A stretch of 64,000 nucleotides of DNA from Candidatus Pacearchaeota archaeon. Its GTDB lineage: Archaea; Nanobdellota; Nanobdellia; Pacearchaeales; GW2011-AR1. The stretch covers positions 698-64,697 of the forward strand of contig JAVZZP010000002.1 in the NCBI GenBank assembly GCA_038885615.1, written 5' to 3'. Of this stretch, positions 37,425 through 48,167 are shown in pieces. A program made the position numbers and the translations under genes. The notes below the pieces were generated by a model. The model had not been told where the DNA came from and ran no database searches. It saw only the letters and a list, made by a program, of their open reading frames with translations. Each line of letters begins with the position of its first letter. Position 1 is the first letter of the stretch.

Positions 37425-38182
37425 AAAATTTTGTTGAAAGCGCTTATAGAATGGGCAAAGATGAAAAATATGTTAGAGATTATCTTTTTGGAAAAATTAA
37501 AGACATAGAACTTAATGAAGCGTTAGAATATTTTAATAGTTTATCTAAAAAAAAGAAGAAATTGGTTTTTTTTAGTGTGATTTACTCTATTATAAGGGTT
37601 TTCTTTCTTTATATTTCTTTTTTAGCGGTAAGATTTCTTGTCTTTTTGAGAAATTCTCTTTCAAAAGAGAAGATAGCAGAAGTTGATTTTAGGCAATTTG
37701 AGGAGGAAATAAAAATAAAGAACATTTTTGAGAAAATAAAAAATTGGTTTCTTAAAAAAAGTGAAAAAGAAAAGAAGAAGATTTTGTTGATTTCGGCGCT
37801 TTTTTTGTTTTTTTTAGGATTATTGATTTATGCAAATTTTTTTTATTATATGAAATGCCCAAATGAAACTTGTTTTAGGGACAGGATGGAGAGATGCGAG
37901 AGAGCCAAATATGAAAGCAAAGATTTTATTTTGTTATTTAATAGAATTTATGGAAGAGATTTAGATAGTTGCAATTCAAGAGTTGCATTTTATGATAAGC
38001 AAAAAAATAAGAAGCTTGTTATGGAATGCTCTACCCCTCTAAGAGAAAGAAATCTTCCTTACTCGAGAATTGAGTATTGTACTGGAGAATTAAGAGAATA
38101 TATTCAGGAAAAAATGATTAATGAACTGCAATCAACTGTTAGCGAAAACATTTTAGAGTTAAATCATTTTTTTAGGAACTAA
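37409..38182 (+). CDS. Hypothetical membrane protein
   Basis: Two hydrophobic segments and a Cys-containing C-terminal domain (CPNETCF...YCTGELRE). Confidence 0.65.
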   Translation: MDKRIKNFVESAYRMGKDEKYVRDYLFGKIKDIELNEALEYFNSLSKKKKKLVFFSVIYSIIRVFFLYISFLAVRFLVFLRNSLSKEKIAEVDFRQFEEEIKIKNIFEKIKNWFLKKSEKEKKKILLISALFLFFLGLLIYANFFYYMKCPNETCFRDRMERCERAKYESKDFILLFNRIYGRDLDSCNSRVAFYDKQKNKKLVMECSTPLRERNLPYSRIEYCTGELREYIQEKMINELQSTVSENILELNHFFRN

Positions 38183-39882
38183 TGGAAGAAATAATAAAGT
38201 TGAGCTTGGTTTTTTTGATTGTTCTTATAGTTTCAGTTATATTTAAAGCCCTTAAACAGCCCCTTATAATATCTTACATTTTCTCAGGTGTTTTAATTGG
38301 GCCGATTTTTTTTAATTTAGTCTCTTCTGAAAGCACTTTAAGAGTTTTTTCAGAGTTTGGAATTGCATTTTTATTGTTTATGGTAGGTCTAAATTTAAAT
38401 CCAACTATAGTAAGAGAGGTTGGAAAAGTTTCTTTGGTTACTGGAATTGGGCAAATTGTTTTTACCTCGGTAATTGGTTTTTTCATTTGCAAGGCACTTG
38501 GGTTTTCTGTTATAGCTTCTTTGTATATATCCATTGCGCTTACTTTTTCTTCAACAATTATTATTATGAAGCTTCTTTCAGATAAAGATGCCTTAGAGAA
38601 ACTTTATGGCAGAATTTCAATTGGTTTTTTAATTGTGCAAGATTTGGTTGCAGTGATTATTTTGATTTTTGTTTCTTCTTTTTCTAAAAATGTTGGCACT
38701 TTAAGCTCTTTCGCTTTTATTTTTTTGAAAGGAATGCTGGTTTTTTTTCTTCTGACTATTTTTGGAAAGATTGTTTTGAAAAGAATAGAGAATTTTCTTG
38801 CTAGTTCTCAGGAGTTTTTGTTTTTATTTTCAATTGTTTTTGGTTTATCAATTGCAGGTCTTTTTAATTATATTGGGGTTGGTTTAGAAGTAGGAGCTTT
38901 AATAGGAGGAATTATCTTGTCAAGATACTCTTTTGCTTTTGACGTTAGCTCTAAAATGAAGCCATTAAGAGATTTTTTTCTTATTTCTTTTTTTGTCCTT
39001 TTAGGTTCTGAGATGGTTTTGTCTAATATGTCTGGCCTTCTTTGGCCATCAATTATTTTCTCTCTTTTTATTCTGATAGGAAATCCATTAATAGTTATAG
39101 CTCTTATGGGTTATTTAGGTTATAGTAAAAAAACAGGTTTTATGGCAGGTCTTACGGTAGCGCAAATTTCTGAATTCTCACTTATTTTGATAGCAATGGG
39201 TGTTAGAGCAGGACATATTGTAATAGAAAAAGTTGGTGGTAGTTTTATTCATATTCCTTCTTTAGTTTCAATTGTGGGTATGGTGACCATAGCAGGTTCA
39301 AGTTATATGATTTTATATTCAGAAAAAATTTACAAAATTTTAGAAAGACCGCTTTCAATTTTTGAAAGAAAAAATATAAAAGAAAAAGAAATTCTTGGGA
39401 GAACTTTTTATGATTATGTTTTAATAGGTGAGAACAGGGTTGGTTTTTCAATAATGGAATATTTCTTAGAGAAAAAGAAAAATTATTTGATTATAGATTT
39501 TAATCCAGTTAGGGTTAAGAAATTAAAAGAGAAAGGAATTAATTGTGTTTATGGAGATGTTTCTAACGCCGCGCTTATAGAAGATCTTTATTTAGACAAG
39601 GCAAAGATGGTTGTTTCTACTGTTCCCGATGTTGATACAAACCTAACGCTTGTTTCAAAAATTAGAGAAAAGAACAAAGACATAATTATTATTGCTACTT
39701 GTAGCAGGGTTTCAGAAGTTAACTCCCTGTATAAAGTAGGTGCGGATTTTGTTATTGTCCCTAATGTTGTAGCTGGAGAAAGATTGGCTGAGCTAATAAG
39801 AAGTTTTGATTTAAATAAGAAAGATTATGAAAAATTGATGAAAAAACAGCTTAAAAATTTAGAAAAAAGATTAAAATATTAA
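38182..39882 (+). CDS. CPA2 (Kef-type) cation/H+ antiporter with TrkA-N domain
   Basis: Multiple TMs, ALTFSSTIII, LIVQD, AQISEFS and a C-terminal RCK domain (YGDVS, GADFVI). Confidence 0.92.
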   Translation: MEEIIKLSLVFLIVLIVSVIFKALKQPLIISYIFSGVLIGPIFFNLVSSESTLRVFSEFGIAFLLFMVGLNLNPTIVREVGKVSLVTGIGQIVFTSVIGFFICKALGFSVIASLYISIALTFSSTIIIMKLLSDKDALEKLYGRISIGFLIVQDLVAVIILIFVSSFSKNVGTLSSFAFIFLKGMLVFFLLTIFGKIVLKRIENFLASSQEFLFLFSIVFGLSIAGLFNYIGVGLEVGALIGGIILSRYSFAFDVSSKMKPLRDFFLISFFVLLGSEMVLSNMSGLLWPSIIFSLFILIGNPLIVIALMGYLGYSKKTGFMAGLTVAQISEFSLILIAMGVRAGHIVIEKVGGSFIHIPSLVSIVGMVTIAGSSYMILYSEKIYKILERPLSIFERKNIKEKEILGRTFYDYVLIGENRVGFSIMEYFLEKKKNYLIIDFNPVRVKKLKEKGINCVYGDVSNAALIEDLYLDKAKMVVSTVPDVDTNLTLVSKIREKNKDIIIIATCSRVSEVNSLYKVGADFVIVPNVVAGERLAELIRSFDLNKKDYEKLMKKQLKNLEKRLKY

Positions 39883-39913
39883 CCTTTTTAAACCTTTTTT
39901 TCTTTATTTTTTT

Positions 39914-42900
39914 ATGAAAAAGAGAGTGGTTTTTTCAAAAGTGTTATTATTTAGCCTATTTGTGCTAGTTTTTTTAGGTTTTTCCTTCGGAGCTTACACA
40001 ATAACAAAAATCTATAACTACACAGCAGAAGCTGTTTTAAATAATACAAAAGCAAATAATAATTTTCTTCATTTAGAGATTAATAATAGTGTTGAAAAAT
40101 ATTCTAATTTTAATGGTTTGTCTAATAATTACATAGGTTTGGGAAATATTAATGCTTATAAAATACCTTCTAAAACAATATCAGCTTGGATTTATAGAAT
40201 TAATGGAGGGACGCACGGAGTTTTTTCCTCTGCAAATAATAATTATTTCGTTGCAATTACAGGAACACAACCATATATAAATTATGCTAATTCAACAGAA
40301 AGCCAGAAACAATATTATGCTCCACCAAATTCTGCACCTTTAAATCAATGGAACCATATTGTTTGGGTTTATGATGTTAATGAGAGTAATGTCATAACAA
40401 GAATTTATGTTAATGGAAATTTAGTCTATAATAACACTCAAACAGACGGCTATTCTTCTACTTATGGAACTAATTTTGTAATAGGTGCTTTTAGTCCTTC
40501 TGTTATAAATTTTAATGGGAGCATAGATGATTTAGCTTTTTTTAATAGAGCTTTAAACCAAACAGAAATTCAAGAGCTATATAATTTAGGTAGAATAAAT
40601 TGTCCTTGTAATATTAGCGGAATAGTTAGTTTATGGGATTTTGATAATAATTTAAATGATTACACAGATAAAATAAGCGGATATAATGGTGTTAAATATG
40701 GGAATGTTTTTATACAAGCAGATGAAAGTTTGCCGGGAAATCATCCTTATGGCTCTCTTGTAGCTTATTGGAGTTTTGATGGAGATACAAATAACATATC
40801 TTATGATTTAAGTGGGAATAACTTAAATAGTGTTTATTATAATGGTTTAGTTAATAATAATTCCTGCAGTTTAGGTTATGGGAATTGCTTAACATTTGAT
40901 GGAGTTAATGATTATTTAGGAATAACAAATACGGCTTTTAATATATCAACATTTTCAGCAAGTTTATGGGTTTATATTGCTAATGAAACTACAAATAATC
41001 AAGGGATAGTTGGTATAGATAATGGTTATTATAATGGCTGGAGATGTGTTTATCTAAACACTAAAAGAATAGTTTGTCAGTTTGGAAGAGGAAGTCCAAA
41101 TACACCTTATGATTTATATTCTCCTATAAACTCTTTTCAAGCTAATAATTGGAATCATTTAGTTGTTACAAGGAATGTAAGTGGAAATGTTTCTATTTAC
41201 ATAAATGGGAATTTTTCTTCTTCGGGAATAAGCACTAACTTCACCTTAAACCAAGCTAATTTTAGATTAGGAGTAGATTTTGGCGGAATAAGTTATCTTA
41301 ATGGTTCTATTGATGAATTTATGTTTTTTAATAAAGCTTTAACACCAATAGAAGTTCAAAATATTTACAATAATCAATCACAAAGGTTTAAAAATAATGG
41401 AACGGCAACATTAAACTCAATACAACTAAATGAAACAGGAAACAATTTATTAAATTGGAAAATAAACAGCACGCAATTATTTAATACAAAGATTTATGGA
41501 AGTATTGGGGAATGTAATAATCAAACAAGTTTTTGTGGAAATAATACAGCAAACTATACATTTAAAGATGAAGTTGAGTTTATTAATGGAGAAGCAAACT
41601 TCACAATAAACACAAGTACAACAAACATTCTTCCAAGATTAAGGTTAGAAAGTCCGGGATTTTATACTCCGTATATTTTTACAAGTTCTGATTTTATAAT
41701 ATTCTCTCTGAAAGTTAATTTTTCCGGTGATACAACTAAAGAAGGAAATTTTTCGCAGGATTGGATTTATGCTAAAGTAGAGGGAGATCTTACAGGAGAT
41801 GTCAATATAACTCTATGGAATTCCTCTGGTTTAGTTGATTTTTTTATCGGAACAGAAAAGAATTTTACAAATCTTCAAGAAGATGCTTATTTTTTGAATG
41901 CAACAATAAAAGACATCGCCAACCAAACATTTTCAACAGAGACAAGAAAGATAATTTTAGACAGGACTCCTCCAACTGTTTTTATATTAGAACCAACAAA
42001 TAATTATTATTCTAATTCGAGCTCAAACTCTTTTAGATTTAATCTTTCAGATGAGCTTTCAGGGCTTAAAAACATTAGCTTAAGAATCTATAATTCTTCA
42101 GATGTTGTAAATACAACTTTTAAAGAAATTGCTGGCTACACAAAAGAAGAAGAAATAAATATTTCCTTAAATGACGGAGAATACTTATGGTATATAGATG
42201 TTTATGATACGGCAGAAAATTCTTTTGTTAGTCAAAACTATAGCTTAATAATAGACACTTCTTCTCCGAAGTTTTATAACTTAACTTACACTCCCAGCTA
42301 TTTAGGAGAAATAGACCCAAATACAACAATAACTTTCACTATAAATGCAACAGATGAAAGAACAAACATTTCTTCTGTAATACTAGAGATAAGAAATGAA
42401 ACTGATTCCCAATGGTATAACTTTCCCATGAACTTAATAGAAGGGGATTCTATTTCAGGTATTTACCAATACAACTTTACAACTTCTGAAGAAGAAACAA
42501 ACTACACTTTCAGAATATTTGCCAATGACTCTTCAAACAACATAAACAGAACTCAAGACATTTTCATAAGGTCGGAGTGGGACTGCACGTGGAATTTAAC
42601 AATAGAAGGATTAACAGGGAGCCATGTATTTGGCTTCAACCAAATAAAAGAAATAGGAAACATAACTTTCATAAATGATGGAGACAAAGAATACAAAAAT
42701 AACTCAGGTTGTTACATAAAATTCTCTCTTGAATACAATTCAACAATGATTGGTGAGTTCAGCTGGACATATATATCAAGGGCATTGCTTTCAGGTTATT
42801 ATCCTGGCTTAAGATTTAACCAAAGCTCTAATTGGGTTACTCCTTTTGATTTAGTAATAGAAAACAAAACAAATTTAACTCTTCCAATTTTAGGAGTTTT

Positions 42901-44776
42901 TCCTTCTGTTAGCTCTCCTTTAGAAGAATCTCCTGTTTTAAGAATTGACTCAAATATAACAGATACACTATTTAACAAAAACTATGAAACAATAAAAATA
43001 AACATGACAATAGCACAACCAGGAGCTTATTTAAGAAGGCCTGTTATAACTGAAAGCAAATCAGGAGTTATTTATTTAACAACCTCTTTATATGGAAATT
43101 ACACTAATTATACTTTCTACACAGAAAACATGGGTGGAACTGGAAATGAGAACTTTACTGCCTATAATGTTACACTAAACTGGAGCTTCCCATCTTCTTT
43201 TGTTTTAAGTTCTAATTCTTCAAGAGTTGTTGAAAACATGACTTATTCAGGAGTTTATGAATATCTAACAACAGAAGTTAATTGGGAAGAAAGCATAAAG
43301 AGCCTAGAAGAAGGTGTCTATAAAGTTTGTGCTTCTACTTTTGGTTATAAGAAAGAAAATGAAAATTATTCTTTAATACAGCATGCTAACGATGAAGTCA
43401 TCTTGGAGAATTGCTTAGATTTGTTTGTTTATTGCTATTCTCAGCCAGATGGAGTTTGTATTTCCTCATGCACTCATCTTAAAGATCCTGATTGTCCTGT
43501 TCCACAACAAACAAGCGCTGGAGGCTCTGGCGGAGGTAGTGGTAGCGGTGGAGGAAAGCAAGAAAAATCAGAAGCACAATTTGAATTAGTTATAGGAAAG
43601 CAGCAAGAGTTTATTCTTCCAATAAAGAACAAATATCCTCAGCCATTAACAAACTTAAAGATTTCTGTAGCAGGAATAAACTCTGAATTTATAGAAATAG
43701 TTCCAAAAGAAATAGAAAGAATAGAAGGAAATAAAGAATTTAATTTAACAATAAAAATAACTGCTCCAGCTTATTTTAAGGAAGGAAATTACACTTTAAG
43801 ATTTAAGATAGATGGATTTGTACAAACAAACCAGACAAAGTCGCCATATACAGAAACAAAATTAGTAACTTTGTATTTCTTAGACCTATCAAGAGAAGAT
43901 GCTTTAAAACTATTAGAAGAAGCAAACAAATTCATAGAAGAGATGAACAAGTCAAATCTTTATTTAAGAGAAGTTCTTTCTTTATTAGAAGAGATGAAAA
44001 AGAACTTGGAAGAAACAAAGTTTTCTTCTTTAAAGAGAAATTATGAAGAACTAAAGCTAATCTATGAAAGTGCTTTAGAAGCATTAAAGCTAAAACAAGA
44101 ACTTGAGCTATTAATAAAAGAAGCAAAGAACAATGGAATTAAAGTAATGGAAACAGAAAAGACATTTTTCTTGGCAGAAGCTGCTTTTAACAGAGGGGCA
44201 TTTAAAGAAGCTTCAGAGAAGTTTAAGCAAGCTAAATTAACCTATGCTGTTGAAACAAAAGGAGAGTTTAATCTTTATTATTATGTTAAGAACAATCCTT
44301 TAAGATCTGCTTCTATTCTAGCTTCTTTTTTAGTTTTAAGCTATTCTGCAGGTTTATTGACTAAAAGAGCTTTATTAAAAAGAAAACTTAAGCTATTGAA
44401 ACAAGAAGAATTGCTTTTGCTTGAACTAATGAAAACTGTTCAGAGAGAGTGCTTTGAGCTAGGCCATATGTCTATAGATGAGTATCAAACAGCAATGGCA
44501 CAATACGAAGAAAGATTAGGCCAGTGTGTTGAAGAAGAAATAAGAGCAGAAACCTCTTTAGCTCATTTAGGAAAAATAAAAGGCAAGAAAAAAGCACTAA
44601 ATCAAGAAAAAGAAAGATTAACAGAACTAATTAAGAAAACACAGGAGAAATACCTTGTTAAAGGAGAGATGGACACAAGAGTTTATTATTCAATGATAAA
44701 GAGCTATTCAAGAAGATTGACACAGGTTGAAGAAGAGCTTGCTTCTATTGAGTTGAAAGAGTGGATGAGGAGATAA
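39914..44776 (+). CDS. Giant surface glycoprotein with two LamG-like domains, Ig-like repeats, TM anchor and cytoplasmic coiled coil
   Basis: Signal peptide; LamG signatures FNGSIDDLAFFNRAL and LNGSIDEFMFFNKAL; DRTPP Ig-like junction; Gly-Ser linker; TM ASILASFLVLSYSAGLL. Confidence 0.8.
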   Translation: MKKRVVFSKVLLFSLFVLVFLGFSFGAYTITKIYNYTAEAVLNNTKANNNFLHLEINNSVEKYSNFNGLSNNYIGLGNINAYKIPSKTISAWIYRINGGTHGVFSSANNNYFVAITGTQPYINYANSTESQKQYYAPPNSAPLNQWNHIVWVYDVNESNVITRIYVNGNLVYNNTQTDGYSSTYGTNFVIGAFSPSVINFNGSIDDLAFFNRALNQTEIQELYNLGRINCPCNISGIVSLWDFDNNLNDYTDKISGYNGVKYGNVFIQADESLPGNHPYGSLVAYWSFDGDTNNISYDLSGNNLNSVYYNGLVNNNSCSLGYGNCLTFDGVNDYLGITNTAFNISTFSASLWVYIANETTNNQGIVGIDNGYYNGWRCVYLNTKRIVCQFGRGSPNTPYDLYSPINSFQANNWNHLVVTRNVSGNVSIYINGNFSSSGISTNFTLNQANFRLGVDFGGISYLNGSIDEFMFFNKALTPIEVQNIYNNQSQRFKNNGTATLNSIQLNETGNNLLNWKINSTQLFNTKIYGSIGECNNQTSFCGNNTANYTFKDEVEFINGEANFTINTSTTNILPRLRLESPGFYTPYIFTSSDFIIFSLKVNFSGDTTKEGNFSQDWIYAKVEGDLTGDVNITLWNSSGLVDFFIGTEKNFTNLQEDAYFLNATIKDIANQTFSTETRKIILDRTPPTVFILEPTNNYYSNSSSNSFRFNLSDELSGLKNISLRIYNSSDVVNTTFKEIAGYTKEEEINISLNDGEYLWYIDVYDTAENSFVSQNYSLIIDTSSPKFYNLTYTPSYLGEIDPNTTITFTINATDERTNISSVILEIRNETDSQWYNFPMNLIEGDSISGIYQYNFTTSEEETNYTFRIFANDSSNNINRTQDIFIRSEWDCTWNLTIEGLTGSHVFGFNQIKEIGNITFINDGDKEYKNNSGCYIKFSLEYNSTMIGEFSWTYISRALLSGYYPGLRFNQSSNWVTPFDLVIENKTNLTLPILGVFPSVSSPLEESPVLRIDSNITDTLFNKNYETIKINMTIAQPGAYLRRPVITESKSGVIYLTTSLYGNYTNYTFYTENMGGTGNENFTAYNVTLNWSFPSSFVLSSNSSRVVENMTYSGVYEYLTTEVNWEESIKSLEEGVYKVCASTFGYKKENENYSLIQHANDEVILENCLDLFVYCYSQPDGVCISSCTHLKDPDCPVPQQTSAGGSGGGSGSGGGKQEKSEAQFELVIGKQQEFILPIKNKYPQPLTNLKISVAGINSEFIEIVPKEIERIEGNKEFNLTIKITAPAYFKEGNYTLRFKIDGFVQTNQTKSPYTETKLVTLYFLDLSREDALKLLEEANKFIEEMNKSNLYLREVLSLLEEMKKNLEETKFSSLKRNYEELKLIYESALEALKLKQELELLIKEAKNNGIKVMETEKTFFLAEAAFNRGAFKEASEKFKQAKLTYAVETKGEFNLYYYVKNNPLRSASILASFLVLSYSAGLLTKRALLKRKLKLLKQEELLLLELMKTVQRECFELGHMSIDEYQTAMAQYEERLGQCVEEEIRAETSLAHLGKIKGKKKALNQEKERLTELIKKTQEKYLVKGEMDTRVYYSMIKSYSRRLTQVEEELASIELKEWMRR

Positions 44777-44777
44777 A

Positions 44778-45437
44778 TTATTCTTTAATTTCTTCTTCTT
44801 TTTTGTTTGAGTTTTCTGATTTTTTTTGAACTTTTTCTTTATAACTTTTCAATTCATTGTATGTATCTATTAGAGGGTTCATTAATTTTGACATTGTTCC
44901 ATGAATATTATCTAGGTCTTTTTGAATTATCTTTGAGTTTTCTTCAAATTGACCGATTTTTCCAATTATTGCTTTTTGTAGGAAATCAAAACTATCCTCT
45001 ATTCTTTTTAGTCTTTCTTTTAAATTTTCTATTTCTTTTGCTAGATAAATATTCTCTTTTTTTAATGAATTCATACCTTCAATTAACTCCTTCATTTTTT
45101 TAGAAACAATTTGTTCTACTATTTCTGTCGTAGTATCTGCTGAGAATCCTTCAGAATAAGTTGGATATTGATAATACTCTTGACCGTATTGGGCATATTG
45201 TTCTTGCTGTCCGCCGTCGTAATTATAGTAACTTCCAGTAGCATTTTCTTGATTATAGCTCCCACTTTCTTGATATCCTTGTATATTGCTTGAGTTTATA
45301 GCGTTTTTTATTGCTGCTTGTGATGCAGCATCATTTATTTCAGCCATTGAGAAACCCTCTTCTTGAAGCATTTGATATATTTCATTCTCACTTTTGCCTT
45401 CTTTTTTTAGTTGATTATACCTTTCTAGAGCACCCAT
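44778..45437 (-). CDS. Hypothetical coiled-coil protein with Q/Y-rich linker
   Basis: N-terminal helical domain, low-complexity YQ linker and C-terminal heptads. Confidence 0.7.
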   Translation of the reverse strand: MGALERYNQLKKEGKSENEIYQMLQEEGFSMAEINDAASQAAIKNAINSSNIQGYQESGSYNQENATGSYYNYDGGQQEQYAQYGQEYYQYPTYSEGFSADTTTEIVEQIVSKKMKELIEGMNSLKKENIYLAKEIENLKERLKRIEDSFDFLQKAIIGKIGQFEENSKIIQKDLDNIHGTMSKLMNPLIDTYNELKSYKEKVQKKSENSNKKEEEIKE

Positions 45438-45442
45438 TTATT

Positions 45443-45793
45443 TTAGTTTTCTTTATTTTTAATTTTTTCTAAATATTCTTCTAGATCTTTTCTTCTTATA
45501 AATTCTAGTGGTTGGAAGTCCTTTAACATTCTTTCTATAAGTATCAAATCTTCTTTTTTTACAAATTTTGTTGTTTCTTCAAATATTGAATCTGCTTTTC
45601 TTTTTACGCTTTCAACTTTTAATTTAAGGTCCATATTCTCTTTCTCTATTTTTTCAATTCTTTTATCAAATTCCTCTTTTATTTCTATTAAACTTCTTGC
45701 CAACAAGTTTATTTTTTCTTTTAGTGATTCTATTTTTTCTTCTAATGAGGAGATTATAGCTCCCGCATCATAGTATTCACTTTCACCCGCCAT
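45443..45793 (-). CDS. Hypothetical coiled-coil protein
   Basis: Continuous heptad pattern, co-oriented with the previous gene. Confidence 0.7.
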   Translation of the reverse strand: MAGESEYYDAGAIISSLEEKIESLKEKINLLARSLIEIKEEFDKRIEKIEKENMDLKLKVESVKRKADSIFEETTKFVKKEDLILIERMLKDFQPLEFIRRKDLEEYLEKIKNKEN

Positions 45794-45875
45794 AATATTA
45801 AAGGTTTTTTTTAATTTAAATAGTTTCTTATTTTTAGATAGAAAATGTTTTATACCTAGAATATTTTGTTTTTGT

Positions 45876-48119
45876 ATGTTTAAGGATAAATCTTTATTTT
45901 CAACGGAAATAATCAGAAAAGAAGGTGAAAATATTCTTTATATTAATTTTATTGGTTTAGAATTTACTCCCTCTCTTGTAAACTCTCCCGAGATAATGGC
46001 AAGAGTCATCGATATTTTATCGCAAAACCCGAATGTTTCTAGAATGGTCTTTGTTTCTTACAAAAATTATAATTTTAATTTTGAGCAAGTTAACATGCTT
46101 TTAGAATTGGCGGATTTTTATAACTTTTTAATGCAAAAAGAAAAGATTCTCTCGAGTAAAAAGCTTTCATTAGTAAAAGATCCTCAAAGAGCTTTTAATT
46201 TTTTATCTGATTTTTTAATAAATCGTCTTAAACAAGATCCTGTTTTGGCATTTAAGTTATTAGAAGAGGAAATGAATTTTGTTGAAAAATTTGATGAGAA
46301 TTATTTTAATCTTTTAGACGGAATACATGAAAAATTTTCCAAACTAAAGCTAATTACAGTACTTGGAAATTATATTTATGATAGTTCTTTTAAGGGAAGA
46401 GAAATTTACTCAAAAATTTTTTATCCAGAGATAACTCCAAATTTCATTTTTTCCAGGGTTTTGTCAAAAATTCCTTCAGAATCAGAAATAGTAGATGAAT
46501 ATTCTATAGGAACTAATTTTGATAGGAGCATTGTTACCATAATAAAAGATAAGGAAAGTGCAAGATATGTTTATCATTTGTCTTGTCCCGAATATTCTCT
46601 GAAGGAAAGTTATCAGATTTTGCTTCTATCCGCTAAAAAGGTTTTATCAGAACATAAACCAACAACAGAAGAGTTTAACGATTTTGAAAGAACGAGACAG
46701 GTTTTTTTCAATGTTGCTAAAGATTTGTTAAGAGATTTATCTTCTTCTCAGGGAATTCCAATAAATAGTTCTGACATGGATCTTTTAGCTTCTATTCTTG
46801 TTAGAAATACTATTGGTTTTGGCATATTAGAGATAATACTGCAAGATGAGAATGTTCAAGACATTTTGATAAACTCCCCCACTTCAGCCTCTCCCGTTTT
46901 TATAAAACACAATAATTTTGATGAATGCTCTTCAAATATTTTTGTTTCTTACGAAGACGTAGAATCTTGGGCAGCAAAATTTAGGATGCTCTCTGGAAGG
47001 GCATTAGACGAGGCACACCCTATTTTAGATTGCTCTTTAAATTTAGAAAAAGCAAGTGCGAGGGTCGCGATTGTCCAGCAGCCTCTTTCCTCTTCAGGAA
47101 TATCTTACTCTTTAAGAAGACATAGGGATAAGCCATGGACTTTGCCTCTTTTTATAAAAAATAAGACTATAAATGGTCTTTGTGCGGGTTTGCTCTCTTT
47201 TTTAGTTGATGGTGCTAGAACGATGCTTGTTGCTGGGGCAAGGAGTTCAGGAAAGACATCTTTGCTTGGTAGTTTGATGATAGAAATCATGCCAAAGTAT
47301 AGAATAATTACAGTTGAAGATACTATCGAACTACCGGTTTTACCAATGAAAAGATTAGGGTATGACATATTGTCTATGAAAGTAAGAAGCGCTTTGACAG
47401 GAGAATCCAATGAGGTCTCAGCAGAAGAAGGAATTAGGGCCTCTTTAAGGTTGGGCGATTCGGCACTTATTGTCGGTGAAATAAGAAGCGAAGAAGCAAA
47501 ATCTTTGTATGAGGCGATGAGGGTTGGTGCTTTAGCAAACGTTGTAGCAGGTACAATTCATGGTGTTTCTCCATATGGAGTATTTGACAGAGTTGTAAAT
47601 GACCTCAATGTTCCTATCACTAGCTTTAAGGCTACGGATTGTATAATTATTGTAAATCCTATAAAAACTCCCGATGGTATGAGATCTATGAGAAGATTGC
47701 TTCAATTGACAGAAGTAAGAAAACATTGGAACAAAGATCCTTTAGATGAAGGCGGTTTTGTTGATTTAATGAAATATGACGTTGAAAAAGACCAACTGCT
47801 TCCTTCGGATGATTTAATTAACGGGGATTCTGAGATAATAAAATCAATAGCTTCAAATGTCAAGGGGTGGGCTGGAAAGTGGGATGCAGTATGGGAGAAT
47901 ATTTTATTAAGACAAAAAATAAAAGAGGAATTAGTTTCTTTATCAGAAAAAACAAAAATAAATGATTTTTTAGAAGCGGAGTTTGTTGTTAAATCAAATA
48001 ATGAATTCCATGAGATTTCCCAAAAAGTAAGAGAAGAACTTGGTTCTTTGTCTTCGGAAGATATTTTTTCAAGATGGAAAGAGTGGCTTGAAAAAGAGGC
48101 TAAAAAGTTTAATCTTTAA
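45876..48119 (+). CDS. Type II/IV secretion (pilus assembly) ATPase
   Basis: GFGILE..LQDENVQDI, Walker A GARSSGKT, TVEDTIEL, IVGEIR and GTIHG. Confidence 0.92.
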   Translation: MFKDKSLFSTEIIRKEGENILYINFIGLEFTPSLVNSPEIMARVIDILSQNPNVSRMVFVSYKNYNFNFEQVNMLLELADFYNFLMQKEKILSSKKLSLVKDPQRAFNFLSDFLINRLKQDPVLAFKLLEEEMNFVEKFDENYFNLLDGIHEKFSKLKLITVLGNYIYDSSFKGREIYSKIFYPEITPNFIFSRVLSKIPSESEIVDEYSIGTNFDRSIVTIIKDKESARYVYHLSCPEYSLKESYQILLLSAKKVLSEHKPTTEEFNDFERTRQVFFNVAKDLLRDLSSSQGIPINSSDMDLLASILVRNTIGFGILEIILQDENVQDILINSPTSASPVFIKHNNFDECSSNIFVSYEDVESWAAKFRMLSGRALDEAHPILDCSLNLEKASARVAIVQQPLSSSGISYSLRRHRDKPWTLPLFIKNKTINGLCAGLLSFLVDGARTMLVAGARSSGKTSLLGSLMIEIMPKYRIITVEDTIELPVLPMKRLGYDILSMKVRSALTGESNEVSAEEGIRASLRLGDSALIVGEIRSEEAKSLYEAMRVGALANVVAGTIHGVSPYGVFDRVVNDLNVPITSFKATDCIIIVNPIKTPDGMRSMRRLLQLTEVRKHWNKDPLDEGGFVDLMKYDVEKDQLLPSDDLINGDSEIIKSIASNVKGWAGKWDAVWENILLRQKIKEELVSLSEKTKINDFLEAEFVVKSNNEFHEISQKVREELGSLSSEDIFSRWKEWLEKEAKKFNL

Positions 48120-48167
48120 TAGAAGAATTTATTAAGCTGTTTTTTGTCTTATCTTAAAAGAGGGAAG

